DNA of 64,000 nt. It comes from Mobula hypostoma. Its lineage: Eukaryota. The first letter of the stretch is position 1; every line of letters starts with the position of its first letter. Location: the NCBI RefSeq assembly GCF_963921235.1, contig NC_086097.1:212352001-212416000 (forward strand), given 5' to 3'. The translations under genes and the position numbers were made by a program. Positions 39,025 to 51,412 of this stretch are shown in pieces. Below the pieces are notes generated by a model. The model worked only from the letters and a program-made list of their open reading frames with translations, was not told the origin of the DNA and did no database searches.

Positions 39025-39430
39025 GTGCTTGAGTTATACTGTAAGGAGAGATTGGATAGGCTGGGGTTGTTTTGCTTTGAGCAAAGGAGGCTGAGGGGGG
39101 ACCTCATGGAGGCTTATGAAATTAGGTAGAGCATAGATAAGGTAGATAGTCACAGTCTTTTCCGTATGGAATGGGAGTCCAAAATTAGAGGGCATAGTTT
39201 TAAGGTAAGAGGGGAAATTTAAAAGGGGATAGGTGTATGGAACAATCTGCCAGAGGTAGTAGTAGAAGCAGGTATACTTACAACATCTAAAGGAAATTTT
39301 GGCCGGAAAGTTTTAAAGAGATTGGACCAAACACAGGCAAATGGGGCCAAGATACAGCATACGTGTTGTATGGCATGGATAAGTTTGGCCAAAGGGCCTT
39401 TTTCTGTGTTGTATAACTCTGTGACTCTGT
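39025..39430 (+). mobile_element. CR1 3' fragment
   Basis: aggaggctgaggggggacctc...agagggcatagttttaaggt...aagggcctttttctgtgttgtataactct. Confidence 0.8.
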
Positions 39431-39696
39431 TTTGGTTGCCCACTGAGTTCTTTAAGACAGTTTCATGAAATCTAACGTCAGACATTTCTCTCTGAAATAA
39501 AATCAACATTACTTTAGGATGCTACACAGCTTTGAAGTCCAGTTGATACTTCTATTTTCCATGAAATAGAAACTCACACAATTTGAAAGGAGGGTAGAAT
39601 GTGAGAAAAGAATGATAATTTTTTTTTTCTGGTTAAAAAAGCAACACCTTCCCATCTAATCAAGGTTCAGTTTAAGGTATTTTCCAACCTGCTGTA

Positions 39697-40236
39697 CAAT
39701 ACTGTGCCAAACTCTTAGTTATAGCTAGAGTGCATCAGACTTTTGCACAGCACTGTAGTAATTTTATGTATTGCACTCTACTGCCTCTATATAAAAAAAA
39801 ACAATTTTATGACATATGTGAGTGTTGATAAACTCGATTTGGATACAGTTCTCTTCTGTAGACTGAGAGTGGGAAGAATGCAGGGGCAAGGGACTCATGG
39901 TTGGGAAAAGGGGAAGGGAGAGGGGAGGGAGTGGAAATCACCACAGAGACATTCTGTAATGATCAATAAGCTAATCGTTTGGAATCAAATGACCTTGCCT
40001 GGTATTTCAGTGCTGGGTGTGTCTACAACTGCACCACCCTCTGCCCCGGCATTTCTTCTCTGCTACCTGTCCTGCATCCCCCCCACTGAGCTCCACCCTT
40101 GCCATTCCCAACATTCTCTGCTCCCACCAGATTTACAAACTCGCTCTCTGATCTACATTGACCAATACAGTACTGCGTAAAAGCCTTGGGCACCCTAGCT
40201 CTATAAATATACACCTAAGACTTCTGCACAGTACTG
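39697..40236 (-). mobile_element. Same MITE family, complete copy in opposite orientation
   Basis: Ends caatactgtgccaaactcttag...gacttttgcacagcactgta and tacagtactgcgtaaaagccttgggcac...cctaagacttctgcacagtactg. The core is the reverse complement of the 18322-21718 halves. Confidence 0.82.
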
Positions 40237-42309
40237 CAGATGGTGAGGCAGCTTCTGCAGAAAAGGTAACAGTTAATCTTTCCCAGTTGCACCAATGAGA
40301 ATCTGAGCCACAACTTGAAGTTGCAGAAAAAGTGGCAAGGGTGGGAGTAAATACGGCAAATTGAATACCTGTGAGAGGGTCAGACCAGATCAAATGAATT
40401 AAAGATGCACTTGGTTAACTTCTTTTTCAACATAACATCTGATTTTTTGTGTTTCTAATAATATGGCCGTGAAATATGCCCAACAAATTGGGCTGCACTA
40501 CTGGAGAAAGAAAAAAACTGAGCCAATATTATTGTCTGACTTTCTGGGGAAATTCCACAACCCTGCTATTAGCAACACAAAATGGCCCCAGAAGTGTATT
40601 TACTCCATAATTGTCTCATTAACCCATTTGTTATTCAGCTTAAAATTACCACTATTATTTCCCCTTCTGATGAAGGGACTCTGAATTGAAACATTTCTTC
40701 TCTTTCTACAGATGCTGCCTGACCTGTCCTCTGTTTCAGCATTTGCTGGGTACCTACTCAATGTATTGGTAATAAAATGCAAGATAAAGAATGAAAAAAT
40801 GACATCATGTATTTAATTGAAAAATATGATTTAATTGTGAAAAAAATCAGGTTTTGTTAGCTAAAACTAACACTTATCTTTACCCATTTGCCTTCAAATT
40901 TACTCTTTTTCCCCTATTAAACTTTATGTGGTATTCTTTCCTTATTATAATTTACTTAACATTCTCCCGCCATGGGGGAAGGGGGTTTGCACCATTTGAG
41001 ATTAACATCATTTGATGATTTGTATTCTATTACAGTAAATATTTCAGTTTCACAGTTTAGTTTCTCTCAATGCATTAGCAATACAAAAGATCAATTTTTC
41101 CACATTTAATATCTGGTTAGCTGTCACAGTACACATAATAGCACTTGTGATAAGCAAACCAAAGCTAGGTAAGGTGGAGTACAGTGGAACTGGTTTCAAA
41201 TACAAACAGATTTGGTATGGGAATCAGAAACCGTGCACAGATTTTCATGAGAGTAAAAAAGAGACAATTTTTATTTCTGAGTGCTCATTATGCACCTTAT
41301 TTCCTCCCCAGCGATGGTTGATCTGATCTGCCAATTTCACAGCCCAATTACTTAAAACTGAAGTTTCAATATGGACTGTTCAAAATGAGAAGAGCTCTAT
41401 TTCCTAAAACTAGCATCTTTGCAACTTTTAAGAACATACGTTTTTTTTTGACTGAGCCTAAAATTCTAGACAAATTCTACCTTTCCTTTACTAAAACTAA
41501 AGCAGAGAACTAGCGGTAGAAATAGTGTGAGTCGCCACTTTCAGCTCTTCAGAGCATTTCTCTGCAAGTTTCTCACCAGAGCTGAAGTGGGAAACCATAA
41601 AAAAAAGCCCTACATAATTTAAATGTTATTCTCTTCCCATCGTCAAAATGAAGTAGTGAGCTCTCCAAACAGTAGTCAACAGTGAGCACCCATTATAAGG
41701 AATGAACAGACAATTCAGGTTGCCTTATTCTTTATAGTGTTTCTCTTTGTTAAGTTGTTGGCTTGACTTTGGTCGTTGCTCAGCGTAATTACATAATTTT
41801 CTCCATCTGCTGATAGAAAAAAATGGTCTTTTTTTCTCTCTTACGTTAATTTTATAACATTGCTAGATGGACCATGAGCCTTAAAATCAAACTCAGGATT
41901 CCGAAGACTACTTTAGCTTATTAAGTACAAACTTAATGTCATCAAGGTTTAGCATTCAAATAACTTTCAGGAAGTGATTTCAGTTATTATTTCTTTGTAA
42001 GATAGTACATTTTTGGAAATTAATGTTTTTCCACTTCACACACTTCTGTGGTTTTCAATTTCCCATACGACTTTAAGAAATGTGCAGGAAATTAAATGTG
42101 TTACAGGAATCTATAAAAAAAACTGTTCTCTCCTTCACAATCACCAGTACAACAAAAGAAAACTTCATATTAAAGCCTACTTGAGTTTAAAAGAAATATG
42201 AAAAACTAATTAAAGATAATTCAGCATATGCATTATTACCACAAGCATGTGGAATAAATTTTCATGTATTTTGTTTATACCAGTTTTATGAACAGCAGCT
42301 AATAATGAA

Positions 42310-43522
42310 GCAACACACACAAAATGCTGGAGAAACATCTATGGAAATGAACAGTCGATGCTTTGGGCTGAGACGCTTCTTCAGGACTGAAAAGGAGTAA
42401 AATGTCAGAATAAAAAGATGGGGGGAGGGGAAAGTGGATAGCTAGAAATTGATAAGTGAAGCCAGGAGGGTGGGAAAGGTAAAAGGCTGGTGAGGAAGGA
42501 ACCTGATAGGAGAGGAGTGTGGATCATAGGAGAAAGCGAAGGAAGGGATAGGCGGGTGAGAAAAAGTAAGGGGACAGAGTTTGTGAACAGAACAAAAGGA
42601 GAAGGATAGGAAAACAATAGTTTTACCAGAAGGGGAAATTGATATTTATGCTATCAGGTTGGAGACTACCAGACCAAATATAAGGCATGGTTCCTCCACC
42701 CTGAGGGTGGCCTCATCGTGGCACAAGAGGAGCCCATGGACTAACATATCAGAACGGGAATGGAATATGGAATTGGTCACCAGGGAATTCTGCTTTTGGT
42801 GGATACAGCGGAGGTGCTCGACAAACGGTCCCCCAATTTACGATGGGTCTCACCAGTGTAGAGGAGACCACATCGGGAGCACCGGATACAATAGATGACC
42901 CCTGCAGATTCTCAGATAAAGTGTTGCCTCACCTGGAAGGCCTGTTTGGGACCTTGATTGGAGGTGAATGGGCAGGTGCAGCACTTTGGATGCTTGCAGG
43001 GATAAGTGCCGGAAGGGAGATTAGTGGAGAGGGATAAATGGACAAGGGAATCATGAAGGGAGCAATCCCTGTGGAAAGCAGAGAGTGGTGGGGTGGAGGT
43101 AAAGATGTATTTGATGGTCTGATCCCTTTGGAGATGGTGGAAGTAGCAGAGAATGATATGCTGGATGTGGGGTGGTAGGTAAGAACAAGAGGAACTCTTT
43201 ACTGCTAAGGCAGTGGGAAGATTGAGTGGGCACAGATGTCTGGGGAAAAGGAGATGCGGGTGAGGGAAGCATCGGTAATGGAGGAAGGTAACCCCGTTCT
43301 TTGAACAAGTAGGCCATCTCTGATACCTTGGAATGAAAAGCCTCACCCTTGGAACAGATGTGGAAGAGACAAAGGAACTGAGAAAAGGAAATAAGCATTT
43401 TTACGGGTGACAGGGTGGGAAAATAGCCATGAAAATCAGTAGGTTTAAAAAAGGTCAACAGTTTGTCTCCAGAGATGGAAACAGAGAGATCTAGAAAGGG
43501 AAGGGAGGTGTCAGAAATGCAC
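42310..43522 (-). mobile_element. PLE, decayed 3' portion
   Basis: ISDTSLPFLDLSVSISGD, GTYPCKHPKCCTC and QVRQHF fragments in shifting frames; tail with decayed hammerhead near 42352-42390. Confidence 0.88.
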
Positions 43523-43846
43523 AAAATCCATTTGAAGTACCATTTTTGTATGGCAGTTACAGGTTTTATTATAGTTTACAATAATTATATTTTTCTAAGG
43601 ACAGGGGTTTGTCCAGCTTCTTTTCTTAATTTTGGATACTTATGTTTAAACAGTGAGTGGGAATGATACAATTAAACTGGTTTGGAACGAGGATGAAACT
43701 TAAGAAAGTTAAATTAACAAAGATGACTTCACAGATGAATGGACTTTGGACTAATGATAGTTCTCATCAGTTTCCAAACACAGTCTAGCTCAGTAACTCC
43801 TCCAAGTCATTGTATTGGAAGCTTTACGTAACGGAGCTTTACACAC

Positions 43847-44125
43847 CTTGGATGTCTCATCCGCTTCATCTTCATGGACTGAGCTGGATGGTGATGGAGT
43901 AGCGGACTTGCTTCCTGGTGGGGATGGTGAGCTGTGTTGGATAGCATTTCCTCCCATATTAAGACCAAGTTGTGCACTGAGTTGTGACTGGTTTATAGTG
44001 GTCAGCTGACCACGTTGCATTATTCCCGGGTGCCTGATATCTGTAGATCGGATAGCAGATCTCATAATTGACATCTGTGGGTGAGCACTGTAATGAGTAG
44101 TTTCTGTGTTTCCCAGATCATGCAT
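43847..44125 (-). CDS. TOX: TOX coding exon (exon 4 equivalent; 279 bp, phase 0-0)
   Basis: Encodes MHDLGNTETTHYSAHPQM...GQLTTINQSQLSAQLGLNMGG...SPSPPGSKSATPSPSSSVHEDEADETSK, matching the vertebrate TOX pre-HMG region. Acceptor ttttccAG at 44127-44126; donor GTgtgt at 43846-43845. Confidence 0.95.
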
Positions 44126-44919
44126 CTGGAAAAGAAAATGATGGTGGTGGGGAAATAATAAATAAATAGTACTGAAGAAAAACACACATTTTGAATACTG
44201 AGATGGATGGTTTTGATTACGCTTAAATCAATCTTGTATGCTTTACTGGCATAAATCCCACATAAATTTCAAGTATGCAGCTTATTAAAAATTAATTTAA
44301 AATCATACAGTAAAAAGAAACCTATACAACAATTGTTTGCTATCAAAGGAAGCATTAGCGATTAACTTCTGTTTAACTGTATCTAAACAATACGCAACTT
44401 TTCTGCAAATTGCACAATATTTTAAACAAGCTAACAGATGTCTTACAATCACCATCTTAGAACACAACAGCCCGTTGCCTGAGGTGATATTTTCCATTAC
44501 ACACACTTTCAATACTAGTTCTTATAATAGAAAAAACTAGAAGACTTTGTATTGTGTTTTTTGTTTACTAGATCTGGTGTAATAATGAGAGATCATTTTG
44601 CTCATGCATTTTAAAAATGATTTCGTGAAACACTGTTCATTTCACAGAAACATTTCAGAAAACAAGATGTCTAAGTGATCATATGTATGAAATAGAATAT
44701 TCTCATATCAATTGTGATCATGTAAGTATGCCATTAAAAAGTAACTGCACATACAGTAGCTCTATTGAAATTCTAGTCATCCAGATGGAAACAAACAATG
44801 CAACTTAAAGAGGTCACATGAAAACTACTTCAGCAATATCTTATCTTTGCTACATACTCATGTTGTCCGGGTCAGTAATGACTCCAAGCCAACACTATAT
44901 GCTTCCGAGAGTAACACAT

Positions 44920-45570
44920 ATAAAGTAGGGACACAGAAACAGGCCCTTCGACCTTCTAGTCTGTGACGAACCATTTAAACTGCCTACTCCCATCAACATG
45001 CACCCGGACCATAGTCCTCCACATCCCTACCATCCATGAGTCTATCCAAGTTTCTCTTAAACATCAAAATTGAGCTCACTTACACCACTTATGCTGGCAG
45101 CAAGTTCCACTCTCTCATGACCCTCTGAATGAAGATGTTTTCCCTTTTATTCCGTTAATTTTTTCTCTTTTCACTCTTAACCCATGACCTCTATTTGTAG
45201 TCTCACCCAACCTCAGGGGAAAAAGCCTGCTTCCATTTATCCTGTCTATACCCGTCATAATTTTGTACAGCCCTATCAAATCTCCCCTCAATCTTCTACG
45301 TTCCACGGAATAAAGTCCTAACCTCTTCAATCTTTCCTTATAACTCAGGTTCTCTAGTCCCGGCAACATCCTTATAAATATTCTCTGTACTCTTTCAACC
45401 TTATTAACATCTTTCCTGTAGGTAGGTGACCAAAACTGCACACAATATTCCAAATTAGGCCTCGCCAACGATTTAAACAACTTCAACAAAACATCCCATC
45501 TCGTGTAATCAGTACTTTGATAGATGAAAGCCAATGTGCCAAAAGCTTTCTTTACGACCCTATCTACCTG
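44920..45570 (-). mobile_element. CR1 LINE 3' fragment
   Basis: VKKAFGTLAFI...RPNLEYCVQFWSP...RRRLRGDLI. Confidence 0.9.
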
Positions 45571-46809
45571 ATGAAGATTCTGATGAGGTCCTGACAAAAG
45601 GTGTCAGCCCAAAACATTGACAGTTTATTCCCCTCGATAGATGCTGCATGACCTGCTGAGTTCCTCTCAACACTTCGTGTGTTACTCTGGATTTCCAGCA
45701 TCTGTAATAACCCTTATGTTTATTACAATGTTATTGACTGCTGCTCTAATATAGCTAATTCAATCTTTTGTGTCATTGAGCTCAGCACTCAGCTTTATGT
45801 AACGCAATGTATTATTTTTAACTGTCTAAAGTTAATTATCACTTCCATTCACACTGATTCCCCCCAAAACACGTCTCAAATAGCATACAGATCATACACT
45901 GTAGTGCTGAGACTATATGGGGACTCATGATATCCCATCCCAAGAACCTTACAGCCACTAAATCTTCGGAATATATTTGTTGCCATTTTTTGTCAGTAAA
46001 CAAAGGGACATAAACAGAGCCCTTGCTTCAAGTCTCATTTATGTTGGGTGAGCAGATTTCAGGGGAAAATGAACAAAGCTGCAAGTGACCTTAATAAATA
46101 AAATTTGTGGTGGGAAGAGTTGTTTCATAAACATTCGTATATCCGTTGGAATGTGCACGTGTAACAGCATACAGCTCAGGTACCAAAGTTCTTTGCTACG
46201 ATACAACAGTTGTAAAATTCCTTAAACAATCGATATTCTTCCCTCATCCAATTTGTCAAAATGAAAAATAAGGTCTTTAATCTTGTGAATATTTGCTCTA
46301 AACTCAAATCACAGACACCTTCTTACATAGAGTGGCTATACTTCTCATAGCTACTTGAGCTGATTGTCAGTAGCCTAGAAATAACCTGACAATTTATTTA
46401 TGCACAATGCAAATGATATAAAGAAAATAGAGGTAGAAGATCTTCTAGCTCTCAGTTTTTCAAAATGCTTTTTTCTAATATCTACGTCTATAATATTTCA
46501 AGCAAAGGAGTGCTCCTCCTGTTTCTAAGGCAACAGAAATTTAAAAAGACACACACACATTTTATTATTGTTTAATATTTGTTAGGCTGTCTCTGTTGGT
46601 GGATTCTATAAGCACTGATTGGGCAGTTGTGCACCCAGCAAAACTGAAAAGTGCCAGACATATACTGCCAGGCTCAAGCTCAGTGTGGTAGTATGGGTTT
46701 GAAATAGGTATTAGAACACTTGGTTAGCACAAGGATTACTACTTGTGTTAAGAGACTACCTTGGAGACTTGTAAGTAACCAGAAATGTAGAACTACAACT
46801 ACAAATTCC

Positions 46810-48062
46810 AAATGCTGCCCTCACCCACATCTCTTCCATTTCATGCACATCTGCCCTCATCCCATTCTACCACCATCACACTGGGGATAGAGTTCCCCTT
46901 GTCCTCACCTCCTACCCCACTAGCCTCCCCATCCAGCACATAATTCTCTGTAATTTCTGCCATGTCCAATGGGATCTCACCATCAAGCACATCTTTCCCT
47001 TCTCATCACCACCACATTTTACACTTTCTGCTGGGATCACTTCCTATGCCCTCCCTCCTGGTATTTATCCTTGCAACTGTTAAAAGTACTACACCTGTCC
47101 CTACACCTCTTCCCTCACTACCATTCAGGTCCCCAAACAGTTCTTCCAGGTGAGGCACACTTCACCTGAGTTTTTTGGTGTTATTTACTGTATCTGGTTC
47201 TCCCAGTGTGGCCTCCTGTATATTAATAGGACACGACTTAAATTGGGAGAGCACTTTGCTGATCACCTATGCTCCATCTGCCAAAAAAGCATGATCTTTT
47301 GGTTGCCACTCATTTCAATTCCACTTCCTGTTCTGACATGTCAGTCCATGGCCTGCTGTACTGCCATGATGAGGCCACACTCAGGTTGGAAAGAGCAACA
47401 CCTTCTATTCCATCTGGGTATCCTCCAACATAAATTTCTCAAACTTCCGGTAATTGCCCCACTCCCCCTTCACCATTTCCCATTCCATTTCCCTCTCTCA
47501 CCTTATCTCCTTACCTGCCCATCTCCTCCCTCTGGTGCTCCTCCTCCTTCCTTTCGTTCATGGTCTTCTGTCCTCTCCTTTCAGATTCCCCCTTCTCCAG
47601 CCCTTTATCACTTTCACCAATCAACTTCCCAGCTCTTTACTTCACACCTACCTCTCTCCTGGTTTCTCCTATCACTCACAACTTTATACTTCTTCCTCTC
47701 CTCCCGCTACCTTTTTACTCCGACTTCTCTTTCCTTCCAGACACGATGAAGGGTCTTGGCCTGAAACATTGAGTTTACTCTTTTCCATAGATACTGCATG
47801 GCCTGCTGAGTTCCTCCAGTATTTTGTCTGTGTTGCTTTTGATTTCCGGCATCTGGAGACTTGCTCATGTTTGAGAAATTCAGAGCTCATGCTCTCCCTG
47901 ATAACTCTCCCAAACTGTCATTCCTGTTTAAAAGTAGAGGGTCTTGGCTCAAAATGTCACTCTTTATTTCTCTCCATAGATTCTGCCTGACCTGCTGCTT
48001 TCTTTCAGCTTTTTATATATGTGTTACTTTGGATTTCCAGCATCTGCAGAATCTCCTGTGTT
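46810..48062 (+). mobile_element. PLE, decayed 3' portion with tandemly repeated tail
   Basis: GVIYCIWFSQCGLLYI and EQHLLFHLG motifs; tail segment repeated at about 47745-47870 and 47935-48060. Confidence 0.85.
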
Positions 48063-49495
48063 TATTCCTATTTAAAACCCCCATTTGTATAATAGCACTC
48101 AATAGGCATACATGCACACTTTGTGACTTTTTGCTGAGCTTAAACAGTATGGAAGAATGTCACTACAATTTATCAGCAATTCTGTTACTGCTGCTGATAG
48201 TCCACTGCCATTTGTGGATGTCCGGTATGAAAGTGCTAGTTCAGTTCTGAATTTATCCCATTTATTCCATTTCAAGTCAAGTAAAGTTTATTGTCATTCC
48301 CAGCTGCTGGGACAGTACACAGTAAAAACAAAACAACCTTCCTCCAGGACCCTGGTGCTACATGAAACTACACTAGACTACGTGAGACAGCACGAGGCTA
48401 CATTAGACTACGTAAAACAATATAAAAACTGCACTAGACTACAGACCGGCACAGGACTACATAAAGCGCACAAAACAGTGCAGGGCAGTACAATAATTAA
48501 TAGCATGGAGGTAGATCACACAATACGATGGAGTGACATGAAGAAGGCAGTGGGATTCCTCCAGATGTCCCAGTTTCCTCCCACATTCCATAGACGTACA
48601 GGTTAGTAGGTAAATTGATCATGGGTGTAATCCAGTGCCGCAGGCTCATTGGACCAGAATGACCAGTAACTGTGCTGTATCTCTGAAATCTAAATCTAAA
48701 ATATAAGTGGAACTTCACTATCGTGGAAAGATGCATCTCTATCCAGTAAAGACCATAAGTCATAGGAGCAGGAGTAGTGCATTCCACCCACTGAGTCTGC
48801 CCCACCATTCCATCATGGCTGATTTGTTATCCCTCAACTCCATTCTCCTGCCTTCGCCCCATAATTTTAGACACCCTGACTGATCAAGAACCTATCAACC
48901 TCCACTTTAAACATACCCAATAACTTGACCTCCACAGTTGCCCGTGGCAATGAATTCCATAGATTCACCACCTGCTGGCGAAAGAAATTCCTTTGCATCT
49001 CTCTTCTACATGGACATCCCTTTATAATGAGGCTGTACTCTCTGGTCCTAGACTCATCCATTATCAGAAACATTCTCACCACATCCAGGTCTTTCAATAT
49101 TCAAAAGGGTTCAATGAGATTTCCCCGCATCCTTACAAACTCCAGCGAGTACAGGCCCAGAGACAACAAACACTTCTCATATGTTACCCTTACATTCCCA
49201 GAATCATCCTCGTGCACCTCCTCTGAAACGGCTCCAATGCCAGTACATTTTTCTCAGATAAGGGGCCCAAAACTGTTCAGTATACTTACATTCCAAGTGC
49301 GGTCTGACCAATGCCTTATAAGGCATCAGCATCACATCTTTGCTCTTATATTCTAGTTCTCTCAAAATGAAAGCTAACATTGCATTTATTTGCATCACTG
49401 ATTGTTGAAATCTCTCCCCATTTAAAAAAAATAGTCTACACCTTTATTCCTTCTACCAAAATGCATGATAATATACTTCCCTACACAATATTCCA

Positions 49496-50470
49496 ACTCA
49501 CAAGCATGAGTAATTCTGCAGATGCTGGAAATTCAAGCAACACACATCAAAGTTGCTGGTGAACGCAGCAGGCCAGGCAGCATCTCTAGGAAGAGGTACA
49601 GTCGACGTTTCGGGCCAAGACCCTTCGTCAGGACTAACTGAAGGAAGAGCTAGTAAGAGATTTGAAAGTGGGAGGGGGAGGGGGAGGGGGTGATCCAAAA
49701 TGATAGGAGAAGACAGGAGGGGGAGGGATGGAGCCAAGAGCTGGACAGGTGATTGGCAAAAGGGATATGAGAGGATCATGGGACAGGAGGTCCAGGGAGA
49801 AGGAAAAGGGGGAGGGGGGGAAAAAAACCCAGAGGATGGGCAAGGGGTATAGTCAGAGGGACAGAGGGAGAAAAAGAAGTGAGAGAGAAAGAATGTACAT
49901 ATATAAATAAATACCGGATGGGGTACGAGGGGGAGGTGGGGCATTAGCGGAAGTTAGAGAAGTCAATGTTCATGCCATCAGGTTGGAGGCTACCCAGACG
50001 GAATATAAGGTGTTGTTTCTCCAACTTGAGTGTGGCTTCATCTTTAGAGTAGAGGAGGCCGTGGATAGACATATCAGAATGGGAACGGGATGTGGAATTA
50101 AAATGTGTGGCCACTGGGAGATCCTGCTTTCTCTGGTGGACAGAGCGTAGGTGTTCAGCAAAACGATCTCTCAGTCTGTGTCGGGTCTCGCCAATATATA
50201 GAAGGCCACATCGGGAGCACCAGATGCAGTATATCACTCCAGCTGACTCACAGGTGAAGTGTCGCCTCACCTGGAAGGACTGTCTGGGGCCCTGAATGGT
50301 GGTAAGGGAGGAAGGGTAAGGGAGGAAGTGTAAGGGCATGTGTAGCACTTGTTCTGCTTACAAGGATAAGTGCCAGGAGGGAGATCAGTGGGGAGGGATG
50401 GGGGGGACAAATGGACAAGGGAGTCGCGTAGGGAGCGATCCCTGCGGAAAGCAGAGAGGTGGGGGAGGGA
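49496..50470 (-). mobile_element. PLE, young 5'-truncated copy (GIY-YIG plus 3' tail), inserted in a CR1
   Basis: Translation GVIYCIWCSRCGLLYIGET...QPDGMNIDFSNFR is nearly identical to the 18.6-21.5 kb copy. TSD aatattcca at 49487-49495 and 50471-50479. A short tandem duplication near 50301-50330 shifts the frame. Confidence 0.93.
49600..49635 (-). ncRNA. Minimal type I hammerhead ribozyme motif (consensus-perfect copy)
   Basis: Minus strand agtc-CTGACGA-a-ggg tcttgg ccc-GAAAC-GTC-gact, with palindromic ACGU in place of stem III and a GUC triplet. Confidence 0.8.
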
Positions 50471-50640
50471 AATATTCCATCTACTAATTCTTTGCCCATT
50501 CACCCAATCTGTCTAAGTCACTCTGTAGACTCCCTGCTTCCTCAAAACTACCTGCTCCTCCACCCATCTTTGTATCAAGTGCAAACCTGGCCACAAAGTC
50601 ATCAATTCTGTCATCTAAATTGTTGGATATATAATGTGAA

Positions 50641-51412
50641 AAGGAGCAGACTATTTTCTAAATGGGGAGAAAACCCAAAAATCTGAGATGCAAAGGGGCT
50701 TGGGAGTCCTTGTGCAGTACACCCTAAAGGTTAACTTGCAGGTAGAGTCAGTGGTGAGGAAGGCAATGTTAGCCTTCATTTCAAGAGGTCTAGAATACAA
50801 GAGCTGGTATGTCATGCTGAGGCTTTGTAAAGCACTGGTGAGGCTTCAGCTTAAGTATTGTGAACAGGTTTGGACTCCCCATGAAAGAAAAGGCATGCTG
50901 GCATTAGAGAGGGTTCAGAGGAGGTTAACAAGGGTGATTCCGAGAAAGAAAGGGTTATCATGCGAGGAATGTTTGATAGCTCTGGGTCTGTACTTGCTGG
51001 AATTTAGAAGGATGAGGGGGGAAATCTCACTGAAACCTTTCAAATGTTGAAAGGCCTAGACAGAGTAGATGCGGATAGGATGTTTCCCATAGTCGAGGAA
51101 TCTAGGTCAAGAGAGCACAGCCTCAAGATAGAGGGGCGTCCATTTAAAACTGGGATGCGGAGAAATTTCTTTTGTGGAATTTGTTACCACAGGCAGCTGT
51201 GGAGGCCAGGTTGTTGGGTGAATTTAAGATGAAGGGTGTATTTAAGAGATTGATAGTTTCTTGATTGGCCATGGCATCAAATTTTATGGGGAGATGGCTG
51301 GGGAGTGGGGCTGAGGAGGGGAGAAGAGTATCAGCCATAACTGAATGGCGGAGCAGGCTCAATGGGCGAAATGGCCTAATTCTACGCCTACATCTTACGT
51401 CTTGTGGTCTAA
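50641..51412 (+). mobile_element. CR1 3' fragment, inverted relative to the adjacent copy
   Basis: QRGLGVLV...AFISRGLEYKS...LERVQRRLTRVIP. Confidence 0.88.

Larger units (their letters stand above)
48750..50640 (-). mobile_element. CR1 3' fragment interrupted by the PLE (49496-50470)
   Basis: YKALVRPHLE and RNFFRQQVVNLWNSLP; the sequence resumes after the TSD at 50471. Confidence 0.85.

Noticed and set aside
43790..44185. ORF-track extensions around TOX exons (e.g. MFFFSTIY..., ...VCKAPLRK)
   Set aside because: Intronic read-through beyond the splice sites; only the exon portions were annotated.
48360..48465. Short repeated units (actacactagactacgt) resembling an array
   Set aside because: Only 2-4 degenerate units within a probable LINE 3' tail. 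This is eukaryotic DNA with no spacer structure, so not CRISPR.
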